64,000 nucleotides of DNA from Polyangiales bacterium (lineage in GTDB: Bacteria > Myxococcota_A > Polyangia > Polyangiales > Polyangiaceae). The translations under genes and the position numbers were made by a program. The DNA is taken from positions 597,647-661,646 of the forward strand of contig JBBRLQ010000002.1 of the NCBI GenBank assembly GCA_038231275.1, read 5' to 3'. Shown here in pieces: positions 26,800 through 36,748 of this stretch; the stretch's first letter is position 1; each line of letters begins with the position of its first letter. The notes under the pieces were generated by a model. The model searched no databases and was not told where the DNA came from. It worked only from the letters and a program-made list of their open reading frames with translations.

Positions 26800-28251
26800 A
26801 TGAACGTCACTCGCCTGCCGCTGCGCCTTACCGCCGACCCGCAGCGAGTCATCGCTCGGTCGTTTCTTCCCGGTGGCCCATCGCGGATCCGCGCCGTGAT
26901 CGAGCGCGTAAAGGCGCTTCCGGACGCCGAGATCTCGACGATGGTGACGGCCCTCGTCAACGACTACCGGCAGCGCCACAAGGACATCCGCGGCATCTTC
27001 CGGCAGAACTACGCGACCGCCCTCGACGTGATCGGCGACCTCCCCGACCCGAGCGAGGAGCGCCGCCTGCTCCTTGGCGCCTACTTCACGAGCGAATACT
27101 CGCTCGAGTCCGTCGCGCTCTTCAACCCATCGATGGTGGAGCACCCCGATCAGAACGGCGCGCCCACCGGCTCGGTCCGCTTCGTGATGAGTCTTCGCGC
27201 ATGCGGTGAAGGGCACATCTCGTCAATCGAGTTTCGCACCGGATCGGTGGGCGCCGACCATGGCATCGTCGTCGATCCACCGACGCGATTCGCGGTCACA
27301 GCGCGCCCCGTCCACGACGCGCTCTATGACAAGGAGAGCTACGTCCTCAAGCTCCGCGAAATGAAAGCTCACCGGCCGCTGGCCGAGCCGATCCTCGCGA
27401 TCCTCGACTCACGCTTCACGATCAGTGACCTGAACTACGCCATCGACCGCTGCCGACCGCAGACGGGGCACACGCAGTACAAGGAGCTCGCCGACAACAT
27501 GCTCTGGCTTGCTCACTCGAACTACCAACTCGAGTTCTCGCCCGACGTCCCCATCTCCGAGCGCGTGATCTTCCCCGTGAGCGAGAGCGAGAGTCGCGGA
27601 ATCGAGGATGCGCGCTTCGTGCGCTTCGTCCATCCCGATGGGCGCGTGACCTATTACGCGACGTACACCGCTTACAACGGCCTCCGCGTCCTTCCTCAGC
27701 TCATCGATACGAGCGACTTTCGCCACTTCAAGATCAACACCCTGAACGGCGCGTGCGTGCAGAACAAGGGAATGGCCCTGTTCCCGCGCCACGTCGGCGG
27801 CCAATTCATGATGGCGTCGCGGCTGGACGGCGAGAATATTTTCCTGCTCGCGTCCGACAACATTCACTTCTGGAACGAGTCAAAGCTCATCTATCGGCCG
27901 AAGCACCCATGGGAATTCGTCCAACTCGGCAACTGCGGCTCGCCGATCGAGACAGAGGCCGGCTGGATCCTGCTGACCCACGGCGTCGGCCCCATGCGCC
28001 AGTACTGGCTTGGCGCGCTACTCCTCGACCACGCGGACCCGTCGAAGGTGATCGGTTCGCTGAGCGAGCCGATGCTCGTGCCCAACGCGAACGAACGCGA
28101 CGGCTACGTGCCGAACGTCGTTTATTCGTGCGGCGCGTTGCTCCATGGCGATCGTCTCGTCATTCCGTACGCGGTCTCCGACAGCCTCACCACCATCGCC
28201 ACGGTCTCCGTCACCGAGCTTCTCGAGCGCCTAACCTCGTCATCGATCTGA
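26800..28251 (+). CDS. Glycoside hydrolase family 130 protein
   Basis: EYSLESVALFNPS, GEGHISSI, GIEDARFV, NKGMALFPR, GNCGSP, GYVPNVVYSCG. Confidence 0.9.
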   Translation: MNVTRLPLRLTADPQRVIARSFLPGGPSRIRAVIERVKALPDAEISTMVTALVNDYRQRHKDIRGIFRQNYATALDVIGDLPDPSEERRLLLGAYFTSEYSLESVALFNPSMVEHPDQNGAPTGSVRFVMSLRACGEGHISSIEFRTGSVGADHGIVVDPPTRFAVTARPVHDALYDKESYVLKLREMKAHRPLAEPILAILDSRFTISDLNYAIDRCRPQTGHTQYKELADNMLWLAHSNYQLEFSPDVPISERVIFPVSESESRGIEDARFVRFVHPDGRVTYYATYTAYNGLRVLPQLIDTSDFRHFKINTLNGACVQNKGMALFPRHVGGQFMMASRLDGENIFLLASDNIHFWNESKLIYRPKHPWEFVQLGNCGSPIETEAGWILLTHGVGPMRQYWLGALLLDHADPSKVIGSLSEPMLVPNANERDGYVPNVVYSCGALLHGDRLVIPYAVSDSLTTIATVSVTELLERLTSSSI

Positions 28252-28382
28252 ACGACACGTGGTGGCAGCGCGGGGTCATCCGGCCGGTGGAACTGGACGG
28301 AGAGGCTGATGGTCGGTCGGCGCCAGCGCCATCTTCCCCGGGTGCGCCCGAAGGCCGGAGGGCAAGCTCGCCAAGTGAGTCG

Positions 28383-29426
28383 TCATTTGCGGTCGACCAA
28401 TCGCCAGATGCGCATCGCGAAACTGCCGTCGTCGTTTCTACGTGACTCGAGAAAGCTATCGCTGCTGACGGCGTCGACGATCTCGAGGCCGGCGTCGTCC
28501 TGGGCGTCGCCGAAGCCACGGCCGACCCAAGGGATGAGCGCCTTCTCCTCGAGCGTCGGCAGCGCGAGGATCCACAACGCCGAGTCATGCGTTTCGCGGG
28601 CTTCTGCGGTCTGCGTTTTGGGGTCGTAGACGATCTCCGCCTTCGAGTGGCGTTCGGTCACGAGGTGGTCTCCGACGATCATTCCGACCGGACGGCCCTC
28701 GTGGTCTGGCTCGAAGGACGCCTCTTCGCCCGGCGCATAGGTTGGCCAGGAGAACGCCATCAGCCGCGTGAACGGATCGAGGCCGATGAGGAAGCGGCCA
28801 TCCTGGGTAAAGCCGAGACACGGGTAGTCGATGTCTCCTTCGTCGAAGACGATCGTGGCCTCTCCTTGCACGATCCGGACGCCCACGCGGCGTGCGCCCG
28901 CCTGAGGATCGTCCTGATCCTCACTCAACGTGAGCACGAACGCGTCTTCGCTCGGATGGACCTGGATGGGCCAGCCCGCCGGGGACAAGGTGAGCGGCGG
29001 GCGGTAGTCGCCGACCAGCGCCAGCGCGCGATCGTACGCAAGCGCACGAAAGGTGGAGTCGACGAAGCCGAACAACCAGAGCCGCTCACCGTCCAGCCGA
29101 AAGCAGAGGAGCTCGAGGGAGATTTCGTGCGGCACCTGCACAGCCGCCACCTCGGCCCCCGTCATGCCGAGAAGAGAGAGGCGCCCGCCGTCGAGACAGG
29201 CGACCACCTCGCCGCGAGGATCGAGCGCGAGCTGCGCGTTCGCCGGCAAGCTCAGCGACGCGACGACCGGCGCGCCCGCGACCGGCCTTCGAACCGTCAG
29301 CGATCCGTCGCCGAGGAACACGCCGACCATGCCCGGGACGACCTTCAGCCACTGATGCTGAAATTCCCGGTCCGGGGTGCACGACCACGACGCGACGAGC
29401 TCGAGCTGCATGCGCTCTCGTATCAC
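28383..29426 (-). CDS. Hypothetical protein (beta-propeller-like)
   Basis: 347-aa ORF with globular composition; LALDPRGE, FRLDGERLW, FTQDGRFL repeats. Confidence 0.65.
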   Translation of the reverse strand: MIRERMQLELVASWSCTPDREFQHQWLKVVPGMVGVFLGDGSLTVRRPVAGAPVVASLSLPANAQLALDPRGEVVACLDGGRLSLLGMTGAEVAAVQVPHEISLELLCFRLDGERLWLFGFVDSTFRALAYDRALALVGDYRPPLTLSPAGWPIQVHPSEDAFVLTLSEDQDDPQAGARRVGVRIVQGEATIVFDEGDIDYPCLGFTQDGRFLIGLDPFTRLMAFSWPTYAPGEEASFEPDHEGRPVGMIVGDHLVTERHSKAEIVYDPKTQTAEARETHDSALWILALPTLEEKALIPWVGRGFGDAQDDAGLEIVDAVSSDSFLESRRNDDGSFAMRIWRLVDRK

Positions 29427-29468
29427 GGGCCGCCGACCCGGCGGATGGCCACCGCGAGCGCGACCCGG

Positions 29469-30758
29469 TCACTCTCCGACCATGGCGAACCAGGTCGTGG
29501 CACGGCCCTCGAGCGTCGAGGTGATCTGGAACGAGTGGTACCGCGTTCGGAAGATGCGCGGGTTGCGCGTGATCGTGAGGTGGAGGACGTCGCCATTCAC
29601 GCCCTGGCGTGCGTCGAGCGCGAACGCGAGCGAGTCGGGGTCCGCCCCCACGAGGTGCCCATCACCTTGGTCGACCTCGACGGTGATCGGGCTCGTCGTC
29701 GGCGCGTCGCTGAAGACGCGTAGCGCGATCGTACGCGACTGACCCGGCGGGATCGCCACGCCGAGGACGGGAGCGTTGGCGACGCCGTGCACGGTGTCGG
29801 CGAGGTCCGGCGCGGCGCCGAACGCGGGCCCGAGGGGCGCTGGGACGCATGGATCGTGTCCGAGAAGCGCCGCGGCGTTCGACCAGGTTCTTTGGACGAC
29901 GTACGGCGTACCTGCGAGCGGGACGACGGCCCCGCTCACGAAGGTGCACATGTCCCCGAGCTCCGAGCCCGTCGCTCCCGTAGCCAGCGCCCAGCCGCTG
30001 CCCCCGAAGTCGGTGCCAATGAGGGCCGGCGCGCCATCCGGATCCGGATCGGTGGCACCCTCGACGATCTCGTGCGAGAGCGATTCGGTCAACGCGTCGA
30101 TCCCGAAGAGCCCTCGGTGCTCCGCGCATCGCGGGAGAACGGCGTACGCCACGCCATTGAGTACCGTTCCCGCGTGGTATCCGCCGTAGCTCGCGCACGA
30201 CTTCAAGCCTGGAAACGTGATGCTCGTGCTCTCGGGAAAAAAGAGGAGGTAGTAGGAGCTCGCGTCGTAAGGCGGAAGCGGCGACGTCGGGATCGAGGAC
30301 GCTCCGTCCGCCCCGGCGTCCGAGGGGCCGAAACCCAGCGAGGCTTCGAGCCAGGTCTCCACGTCTCGGCCGCTGATCGACGTCGGCGGGCTGCTCGGCA
30401 CGTGCACGACGGGCGCGACCGTCGGCACGCCGATGGAGTACTCGCCTAGCGTCGCGCCCCAATACGAGGACGCGGCGAGCTTCCCCAAGAAGTCCAGCAC
30501 CTGACCCTCGAGCGGATCGTTCGGGAAAAAGACGGGGATGAGCGTCGGGCTCGTGAGACGACGACGCCCGTGCGACGTTACCTGTGGCAATGCGGCGTGA
30601 GGCGCGGGATAGGGCCCGTCGTTCCTTGCCGCGTCCGCGAGCGGCGTCGCGCCCGCGTCGTCGGACGGGGGTGCGCTCGTCGCGGCGCCGCGCGAGCACG
30701 CGAGCGCAAGGAGCAAAGAGAGAGAGGCCCAGACGGCGCGAAGCGGAGGTGCGGACAT
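29469..30758 (-). CDS. Secreted lipoprotein with SHExxExxTDP motif (Phi-1/EXORDIUM-like, possible metalloprotein)
   Basis: Lipobox ALAC; GGYH, SHEIVEGATDP, ELGDMC, VQRTWSN motifs. Confidence 0.75.
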   Translation of the reverse strand: MSAPPLRAVWASLSLLLALACSRGAATSAPPSDDAGATPLADAARNDGPYPAPHAALPQVTSHGRRRLTSPTLIPVFFPNDPLEGQVLDFLGKLAASSYWGATLGEYSIGVPTVAPVVHVPSSPPTSISGRDVETWLEASLGFGPSDAGADGASSIPTSPLPPYDASSYYLLFFPESTSITFPGLKSCASYGGYHAGTVLNGVAYAVLPRCAEHRGLFGIDALTESLSHEIVEGATDPDPDGAPALIGTDFGGSGWALATGATGSELGDMCTFVSGAVVPLAGTPYVVQRTWSNAAALLGHDPCVPAPLGPAFGAAPDLADTVHGVANAPVLGVAIPPGQSRTIALRVFSDAPTTSPITVEVDQGDGHLVGADPDSLAFALDARQGVNGDVLHLTITRNPRIFRTRYHSFQITSTLEGRATTWFAMVGE

Positions 30759-30962
30759 GCCGCGCCCCTGAGCAATCGCCGCGCCATCTCCTCGCGTTCG
30801 GCGGGAACGAGGGTACGCGCCGAGGATCGCCACGCGCGGCGCTCGCCGGCTCGCGCGCGGCACTGGCACGTTGTCCCTCAGCGGGAGCGCGGGTGAGACG
30901 CCGCGACCGCCTCTGCGTCCTTGTCGCCGAAAGAGACGCCGTTTGGATTTTTCGCCCGGCGC

Positions 30963-30995
30963 GGGCCCGTGCAGCGTTTCTACGGCGTGAGGTGA
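30963..30995 (+). repeat. 3'-end remnant of the GNAT gene
   Basis: 27/33 identical to 36706-36738; GPVQRFYGVR-stop versus GPVQRFDSAR-stop. Confidence 0.7.
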
Positions 30996-31054
30996 TCGCG
31001 TACGGGATACGTCGGTGCTCCAGCGCGACGATGCGCGCCAGCGACATGCGCATC

Positions 31055-34036
31055 TCACGGCGCCGAGAGCATGCTCGTCATCTCTGCGACCGCCAAGACG
31101 GTCATGTCGACGAGCCTCCACGCGTCCGCGACCCGCTTCGCGAGTGTTCGGGCGCGTTCTTTGTCACCCTTCGTCCAGGCGCGGCGCGCGGTCCTCAACG
31201 TGGCCAAGCTCGCGCCGTGGAGGTTGCGGTCGTCGACGTGCGGGAGATCGAACGCCTCCGCGAGCTCGGGCACGTTGCCGCGATCGAAGACGTCGACCAG
31301 AAAGTCGCCCATGCGAACGCCGTAGTACGCGTAGTAGCGCGAACCCATGAAGCCGCGTGCAACGTCGGCCGCCTTCGCGAAGTCGCCGACGACGTAGCGT
31401 TCGACGACTTGCTGGATGAGACGCCAATCCTCGCGCTGAAGTTTCGGCGCGTCCGCAGAGGGCGCCAACGCCGCCAGGCATCGGGCCGCGAGGGAGGCCT
31501 CGGCCAGCGCACACGATGCCGCGAGGTTCGCACGCACCGTCACGTTGGTCGTGGCGATGCGAAGAGCCGTCGTGCCTTCTGCGATCCCGCGCGCCACCGC
31601 GTTTCCAATCGATCGCTCGGCCCCGATGGCATAGGCAAGCTCGCGGGCCGACGTGATCCGCGGGTTGTCATCGTCGGTGTCCCCGAGCACGGCTCCCGGG
31701 GCGGTGAGCTCCTGGCTCCACCGCGCGAGCGTCCGCGCGAAGGCGCCATCGAGCACCGCCGCCCGACTCGAGAGGAGCCGGCCCAGCTCCCGAGCGTCAC
31801 CGTCGGCGGATCCTTCCAGGTACGCAATGACGACACCCAACTCGCCCGCGTTGCCCTCTCGCAGAAGCGAGTCCGCGTAGAGGGCGGGAACCACGTCGTA
31901 AGGAAACAAGAGGAACTCGCGCCGAAGAAACTCGGAGGTGCCGGCGCGGTCGGATGGCGCGAGCGCACGCGTCGCCGTAAGCCACCAGTCCGGATGGTCC
32001 GGCGCCCACATGAGGGCACTCGAGATGACGGTCGGGTTCGCGGTCCCCATTCCCTCCCGGACGGCGTTCCAACCCGTTCGCGGTTCGGCGCTGACCACGG
32101 CGAGGATGCCGGTGTGCTCGTCGTCGCCCGTTGGGTCCTCCATCGACAAGGCGGTGGCGAGGGCGAGGGCTTTGCGTTGTCCCGGTGGGCCGGAGGCGAT
32201 TTCGTGGTCGAAGCGCGTACGCAGCGCGGGCGTGATCACGCTCGGCTCCTGGGCAATCGCACGTGCCAGAGCCGCGGCCGGGAGCGTCGAATCAACGGCG
32301 TGACCCGCACACGACTCCTGCAGGGCCACGCGCCACGACGCGGGAAGACGCGGGGGCGTTGCGACCTTGCAGCGCACCGGAGCCTGGCGGCCACGGGTCG
32401 CCAGCTCAAGATCGGCGATCGCATCCTGCTCTTCCGCCGAGCCCACGCCTTGCCATGCGCGGTACTCCGGATCCATCGCGTGCGGACGGCCGAGCGCGCC
32501 GGTCGCCCGCAGCTTGCGGCTTACGTCGAGCGCCACCGCACGCAGTGGAGTGCCGCTCCCACTGGCGCGCCCGAGCTCGCGGCCGCTCGGACTCCGCACG
32601 ATCACGGTCAGCGCGACCACCGTGCCATGCGCGTGGGCCTGGCCGTCGATCCACGGCAAGCCCGAGCTCGCGGCGGCTCGCAGACTTTGCTCGCGCAGCC
32701 CCGGCACCGCCCAGGGATCGAGCTCACGGGCGTCCTGGGAATAGCCCCGGCGCGCGAGGAGCGCTCCGGGCACGCGGACGTGCTCGTTGAAGCCTCCGAG
32801 CATCGGCGCGAGGTCGTCGGCGAGTGCGTACGCCGCCGCAGCCCCCAGCCACGGCGCCGGCTTTCCATCGATCGTGCCGTCGAGCACGGGACAGGCGAGA
32901 ACAGGAACGGCGGTATCGAGCGGGTTGGCCCGGGTTCGCCAGAGCCCCAACGCCAAGGCCGCCACCGCGAGCGAAAGCGCGCCGCCCAGGAGCAGCCTCC
33001 ACGCGCGACGTGAGCGAGGCGCGACCCCGACGTTTGAGCTCGGCGCAATGACCGTCTGCGCGAGCGCCGCATGCGCGAGGTCCATTCGCGCCGTCGACGC
33101 GAGGCCATCCGCAGGCACGCCAATGTCAGGAGGTCGATGTTGCAGCACTGCGGGGCCGGACTTCGGCGATGGCGGGACGCCCGCCGCGTGCGCGAGCGCA
33201 TCGGCAAACGCGTCGGCGTCGGGGTACCGATCGTCTCGTCGTTTTTGCAGCGCGCGCTCGATCACGGGACGGATCGCGTCGGCGAGCGCCGCGTCCGAGA
33301 GCCGCAGGTGTGTGGGGGGATCGTTGAGGATGGCCGCGACGACCGCCATCGTCGACGTTGCCGACCACGGAATGGAGCGTGAGAGCAGCTCGTACGCCGT
33401 GACGGCGAGTGAGAACTGATCGGTACCCGCATCGAGGGGTTGGTTGCGCGCTTGTTCGGGCGAGAGATACGAAGGCGTACCCACGACGTCGCCACTGCTC
33501 GTGAGGTTCCTCTCCACCGAGCCGACGGTCGGCTTGACGATGCCGAAGTCGAGCAGCACGACGCGACCGTCCTGCCGCAGCATGAGGTTGTCCGGCTTCA
33601 CGTCGCGATGGATGAGGCCGGCGCGATGAGCCGCGGCGAGCGCACGCGCGGCTTCGATGATGGCGAAAACGCGCTGCCTCGTGGTCCAAGCGTCATCGCC
33701 GATGAGGGCGCGAAGAGAGGTGCCGTTGATCAGCTCCATCACGAGGAACGCGCCGCCATCCTCGGTTTCGCCAACGTCGTAGACGTGAACGATCCCTGGA
33801 TGCTGGAGGGCTGCGCACGCGAGCGCCTCACGGACGAGCCGTTGCCGCGCGGCCTGATCTCCCAGCGCTTTGGCGGGCAGGACCTTGATCGCGACGTCGC
33901 GCTTGAGCCGCGTGTCGGTCGCGACATGCACGGCGCCCATACCGCCGACCCCAATGCGCACACCTAGGCGGTAACGACCGGCGAGCAATTGGCCCTCGCT
34001 GTCGACTCCGCCGGTCACATACGCAGGATAGGCCAA
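31055..34036 (-). CDS. Transmembrane Ser/Thr protein kinase
   Basis: IGVGGMGAV, VAIK, HRDVKPDN, DFG, GTPSYLSPEQ; TM LLLGGALSLAVAALALGLW; helical C-terminal domain. Confidence 0.93.
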   Translation of the reverse strand: MAYPAYVTGGVDSEGQLLAGRYRLGVRIGVGGMGAVHVATDTRLKRDVAIKVLPAKALGDQAARQRLVREALACAALQHPGIVHVYDVGETEDGGAFLVMELINGTSLRALIGDDAWTTRQRVFAIIEAARALAAAHRAGLIHRDVKPDNLMLRQDGRVVLLDFGIVKPTVGSVERNLTSSGDVVGTPSYLSPEQARNQPLDAGTDQFSLAVTAYELLSRSIPWSATSTMAVVAAILNDPPTHLRLSDAALADAIRPVIERALQKRRDDRYPDADAFADALAHAAGVPPSPKSGPAVLQHRPPDIGVPADGLASTARMDLAHAALAQTVIAPSSNVGVAPRSRRAWRLLLGGALSLAVAALALGLWRTRANPLDTAVPVLACPVLDGTIDGKPAPWLGAAAAYALADDLAPMLGGFNEHVRVPGALLARRGYSQDARELDPWAVPGLREQSLRAAASSGLPWIDGQAHAHGTVVALTVIVRSPSGRELGRASGSGTPLRAVALDVSRKLRATGALGRPHAMDPEYRAWQGVGSAEEQDAIADLELATRGRQAPVRCKVATPPRLPASWRVALQESCAGHAVDSTLPAAALARAIAQEPSVITPALRTRFDHEIASGPPGQRKALALATALSMEDPTGDDEHTGILAVVSAEPRTGWNAVREGMGTANPTVISSALMWAPDHPDWWLTATRALAPSDRAGTSEFLRREFLLFPYDVVPALYADSLLREGNAGELGVVIAYLEGSADGDARELGRLLSSRAAVLDGAFARTLARWSQELTAPGAVLGDTDDDNPRITSARELAYAIGAERSIGNAVARGIAEGTTALRIATTNVTVRANLAASCALAEASLAARCLAALAPSADAPKLQREDWRLIQQVVERYVVGDFAKAADVARGFMGSRYYAYYGVRMGDFLVDVFDRGNVPELAEAFDLPHVDDRNLHGASLATLRTARRAWTKGDKERARTLAKRVADAWRLVDMTVLAVAEMTSMLSAP

Positions 34037-34058
34037 CGGCAGTGGGATCGCACCGAAA

Positions 34059-34754
34059 CTAGCGGGCGAGCTTTCGCGCGCGGAGGTGGAGGAAGAGCGG
34101 AAGCCGGCTCCAGGACGCGTGTCCCTCGGTGACGGGCTCGCGGAGCGCGTCGACGACGAGCCCTGCGGCCGCGAGCGCGTCGAAGTACGCGGAGATCGGC
34201 CGATGCTGGCTCTCGAACGTCATGGTGAGCTCGTCGCGCGCGACCACGTCGGAGGTGCGAAACGAGTCGAGGTAGCTTCCGCGAATCACGAATCGGCCGT
34301 GCTTCTCGAAGCGGCCCGCCGAATTGAGCGGATGGACGACCGCGAGGCAGGCGACGCCACCGGGCTCGAGCACGCGCGCGATTTCCAGGACCGCGCCGCC
34401 GAGGTCATCGACATCATGCAGGCACATGAACGAGACGACCTGATCGAACGACGCATCGTCGAAGGTGAGCGCAGATGCATTGGCGACGTGAAGCTCCATG
34501 TCCGGTGCCACGTCGCGCGCGGCGGCGACGAGCGTGGGAGACGCGTCGATGCCGACCACGCGATGGCCGAGCGATGCGAGGTGCCGCGTGAGCCTCCCCT
34601 CTCCGCAGCCGACGTCGAGCGTACGCCGGCCGGGCGGAGGGACGAGCGGGAGGAACTGATCGCGATGGTAGCGGTCGTAGCTATCGTGCCCTGGCTTCCG
34701 TACCCACGTGATCCAATCTCGCGCGTGCGTCTCCCAGGCCTCGCTCAACGTCAT
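34059..34754 (-). CDS. Class I SAM-dependent methyltransferase
   Basis: LDVGCGEG motif I, FDDASFD, RVLEPGG. Confidence 0.92.
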   Translation of the reverse strand: MTLSEAWETHARDWITWVRKPGHDSYDRYHRDQFLPLVPPPGRRTLDVGCGEGRLTRHLASLGHRVVGIDASPTLVAAARDVAPDMELHVANASALTFDDASFDQVVSFMCLHDVDDLGGAVLEIARVLEPGGVACLAVVHPLNSAGRFEKHGRFVIRGSYLDSFRTSDVVARDELTMTFESQHRPISAYFDALAAAGLVVDALREPVTEGHASWSRLPLFLHLRARKLAR

Positions 34755-34852
34755 GCGCCATCGGTATGTGGCTCACGGGACCTGGGCAAGCTTGGATCGC
34801 TGATCATGACGCTCCTTGCGCCTCTCGAGCGCGGAGATCATATACTCCCGGC

Positions 34853-35782
34853 ATGTGTGACGACGACTCCTTCGACGACATGGTCGCGTACCGCCTTCGC
34901 TCCGAGCTCGTCTCGCGGCGGGCCTTCAGCTCGCTCTCGCTCGGCGCTGGCCTCGCGTCGCTCCTGCCGATCGGGTGCAAGTCGACCGATCCGACGCCGG
35001 GCCCGGTGCCCGCACCGACCGCAGCGACAGCGGCGATCGCGACGGCCGAGTCGGAGGTCAGCATCACGACACCGGACGGCGCGTGCGACTCGTACTTCGT
35101 CCATCCGACGACCGGCACGGCTCCGGCCGTCCTCGTCTGGCCGGACATCTTCGGGCTCCGTCAGGCGTTCCGTCAGATGGGAAGGCGGCTCGCCGAGTCG
35201 GGATATGCCGTGCTCGTGGTGAATCCCTTCTACCGCACGAAGAAGGCGCCGACGGCACCTCCTCATCCGAACTTCGACGATCCGGCGACGCGCGACGCGC
35301 TGATGGGTCTGGCCCATTCGCTCACCGCGGAGACCGCGGTCACTGACGCGAAGGCGCTGACGGCGTGGCTCGACCAGCAACCGTCCGTGGACAAGTCTAG
35401 AAAGATGGGGACGACGGGCTACTGCATGGGCGGGCCGCTCGTCATGCGCACGGCGGCGACGAATCCGGAGCGCATCGGAGCCGCCGCGACGTTCCACGGC
35501 GGAGGCATGGTGACGGACAAGCCGGACAGCCCGCACCTTCTGATCCCGAAGATGAAGGCGCAGTTCCTCGTCGCGATCGCCGCCAACGACGACGCGAAGC
35601 AACCGGATGCAAAGGCGACGCTCAAGGCCGCGTTCGCCCAAGCGTCTCTCCCCGCGAAGGTCGAAGTGTACGAAGGAGCCATGCACGGCTGGTGCCCGCC
35701 TGATTCGCACGTGTATAACCGCGACGCAGCGGAGAAGGCATGGGGCGAGCTCTTGACGCTGTTCAAGACAGCGCTCGGGTAG
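34853..35782 (+). CDS. Dienelactone hydrolase family protein with Tat (lipo)protein signal
   Basis: SRRAF twin-arginine motif, PIGC, WPDIFGLR, GYCMGG nucleophile, AMHGW. Confidence 0.92.
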   Translation: MCDDDSFDDMVAYRLRSELVSRRAFSSLSLGAGLASLLPIGCKSTDPTPGPVPAPTAATAAIATAESEVSITTPDGACDSYFVHPTTGTAPAVLVWPDIFGLRQAFRQMGRRLAESGYAVLVVNPFYRTKKAPTAPPHPNFDDPATRDALMGLAHSLTAETAVTDAKALTAWLDQQPSVDKSRKMGTTGYCMGGPLVMRTAATNPERIGAAATFHGGGMVTDKPDSPHLLIPKMKAQFLVAIAANDDAKQPDAKATLKAAFAQASLPAKVEVYEGAMHGWCPPDSHVYNRDAAEKAWGELLTLFKTALG

Positions 35783-35783
35783 A

Positions 35784-36170
35784 TTAGAGGGCCTTCCCGT
35801 CGATGACCTGGAGTTCGAGCGAGAGCACATCGAGGTCACGAACGCACCCGAGGTTGACCCGATAGGCGCCCGGCCTTGCGGGTCCTCGATAGTCGGGTGG
35901 CACCGAGGCCACCGTGCTGAACGGAGAGATGCCGCAGGTGCGGCAGAAGAAGTGGTTCATGTCCTTGTCGCCGAACTGGTACAGCGCCAGGCGCTCTTTG
36001 CCTTCCACCTCGACGTCCGATGGGCGGAGGTAGCTCGAGGACATCACCGCCCCTCTGCGGATGCAGATGGAGCAGTTGCACCGTTGGCCGCTCGTGATCT
36101 CCTCGCAGGCGAACGTGAAACGGATGTCACCACAATGGCAACTGGCACTGTAGGTTCTCGGCGTCGTCAT
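35784..36170 (-). CDS. GFA/CENP-V family protein
   Basis: SCHCG, CNCSIC, FCRTCG, VNLGC. Confidence 0.92.
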   Translation of the reverse strand: MTTPRTYSASCHCGDIRFTFACEEITSGQRCNCSICIRRGAVMSSSYLRPSDVEVEGKERLALYQFGDKDMNHFFCRTCGISPFSTVASVPPDYRGPARPGAYRVNLGCVRDLDVLSLELQVIDGKAL

Positions 36171-36240
36171 GTTCGTTCCCGATCGGAAGCTGTCTCAACG
36201 TCTCGGCACACTGCTAGCGTACCGCGCGAGGTAGACGCGC

Positions 36241-36738
36241 GTGGACGTACAGGTAGCGGCAGCGGGCACCGACGATCAAGAGCGCTTGGCGGGGCTCTTC
36301 GCGCTCTACACGTACGACTTCAGTGAGATCCTGGGCATCGATGTCGAGGAGGATGGTCGCTTTCAGCTGCCGGCGCTCGGACCTTACTGGACTGTTCCTG
36401 GACATCACCCGTTCCTGATACGGGTTGACGCGAAGCTTGCCGGCTTCGCGCTCGTCCAGGAAAGGAGTCGGCTCACCGGCCACGAGGGGGTGCGCGACAT
36501 GGCCGAGTTCTTCGTCATGCGGCGATATCGACGCCGCGGCGTGGGCGTGCGCGCAGCTGTATTCCTCTTCGATCGATTTCGGGGACCGTGGGAAGTGCGC
36601 CAGAGGCCAGAGAACCTCGACGCGACCGCGTTCTGGCGCCCCGCAATTGCGCGTTACACCGGCGGACGATTCGACGATGTGCTGTGGAACGACGAACAGT
36701 GGCGTGGGCCCGTTCAACGTTTCGACAGTGCGAGGTGA
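36241..36738 (+). CDS. GNAT family N-acetyltransferase
   Basis: LYTYDFSE, MAEFFVMRRYRRRGVG, WEVRQ...ATAFW. Confidence 0.92.
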   Translation: MDVQVAAAGTDDQERLAGLFALYTYDFSEILGIDVEEDGRFQLPALGPYWTVPGHHPFLIRVDAKLAGFALVQERSRLTGHEGVRDMAEFFVMRRYRRRGVGVRAAVFLFDRFRGPWEVRQRPENLDATAFWRPAIARYTGGRFDDVLWNDEQWRGPVQRFDSAR

Positions 36739-36748
36739 GGGCGTTCGC

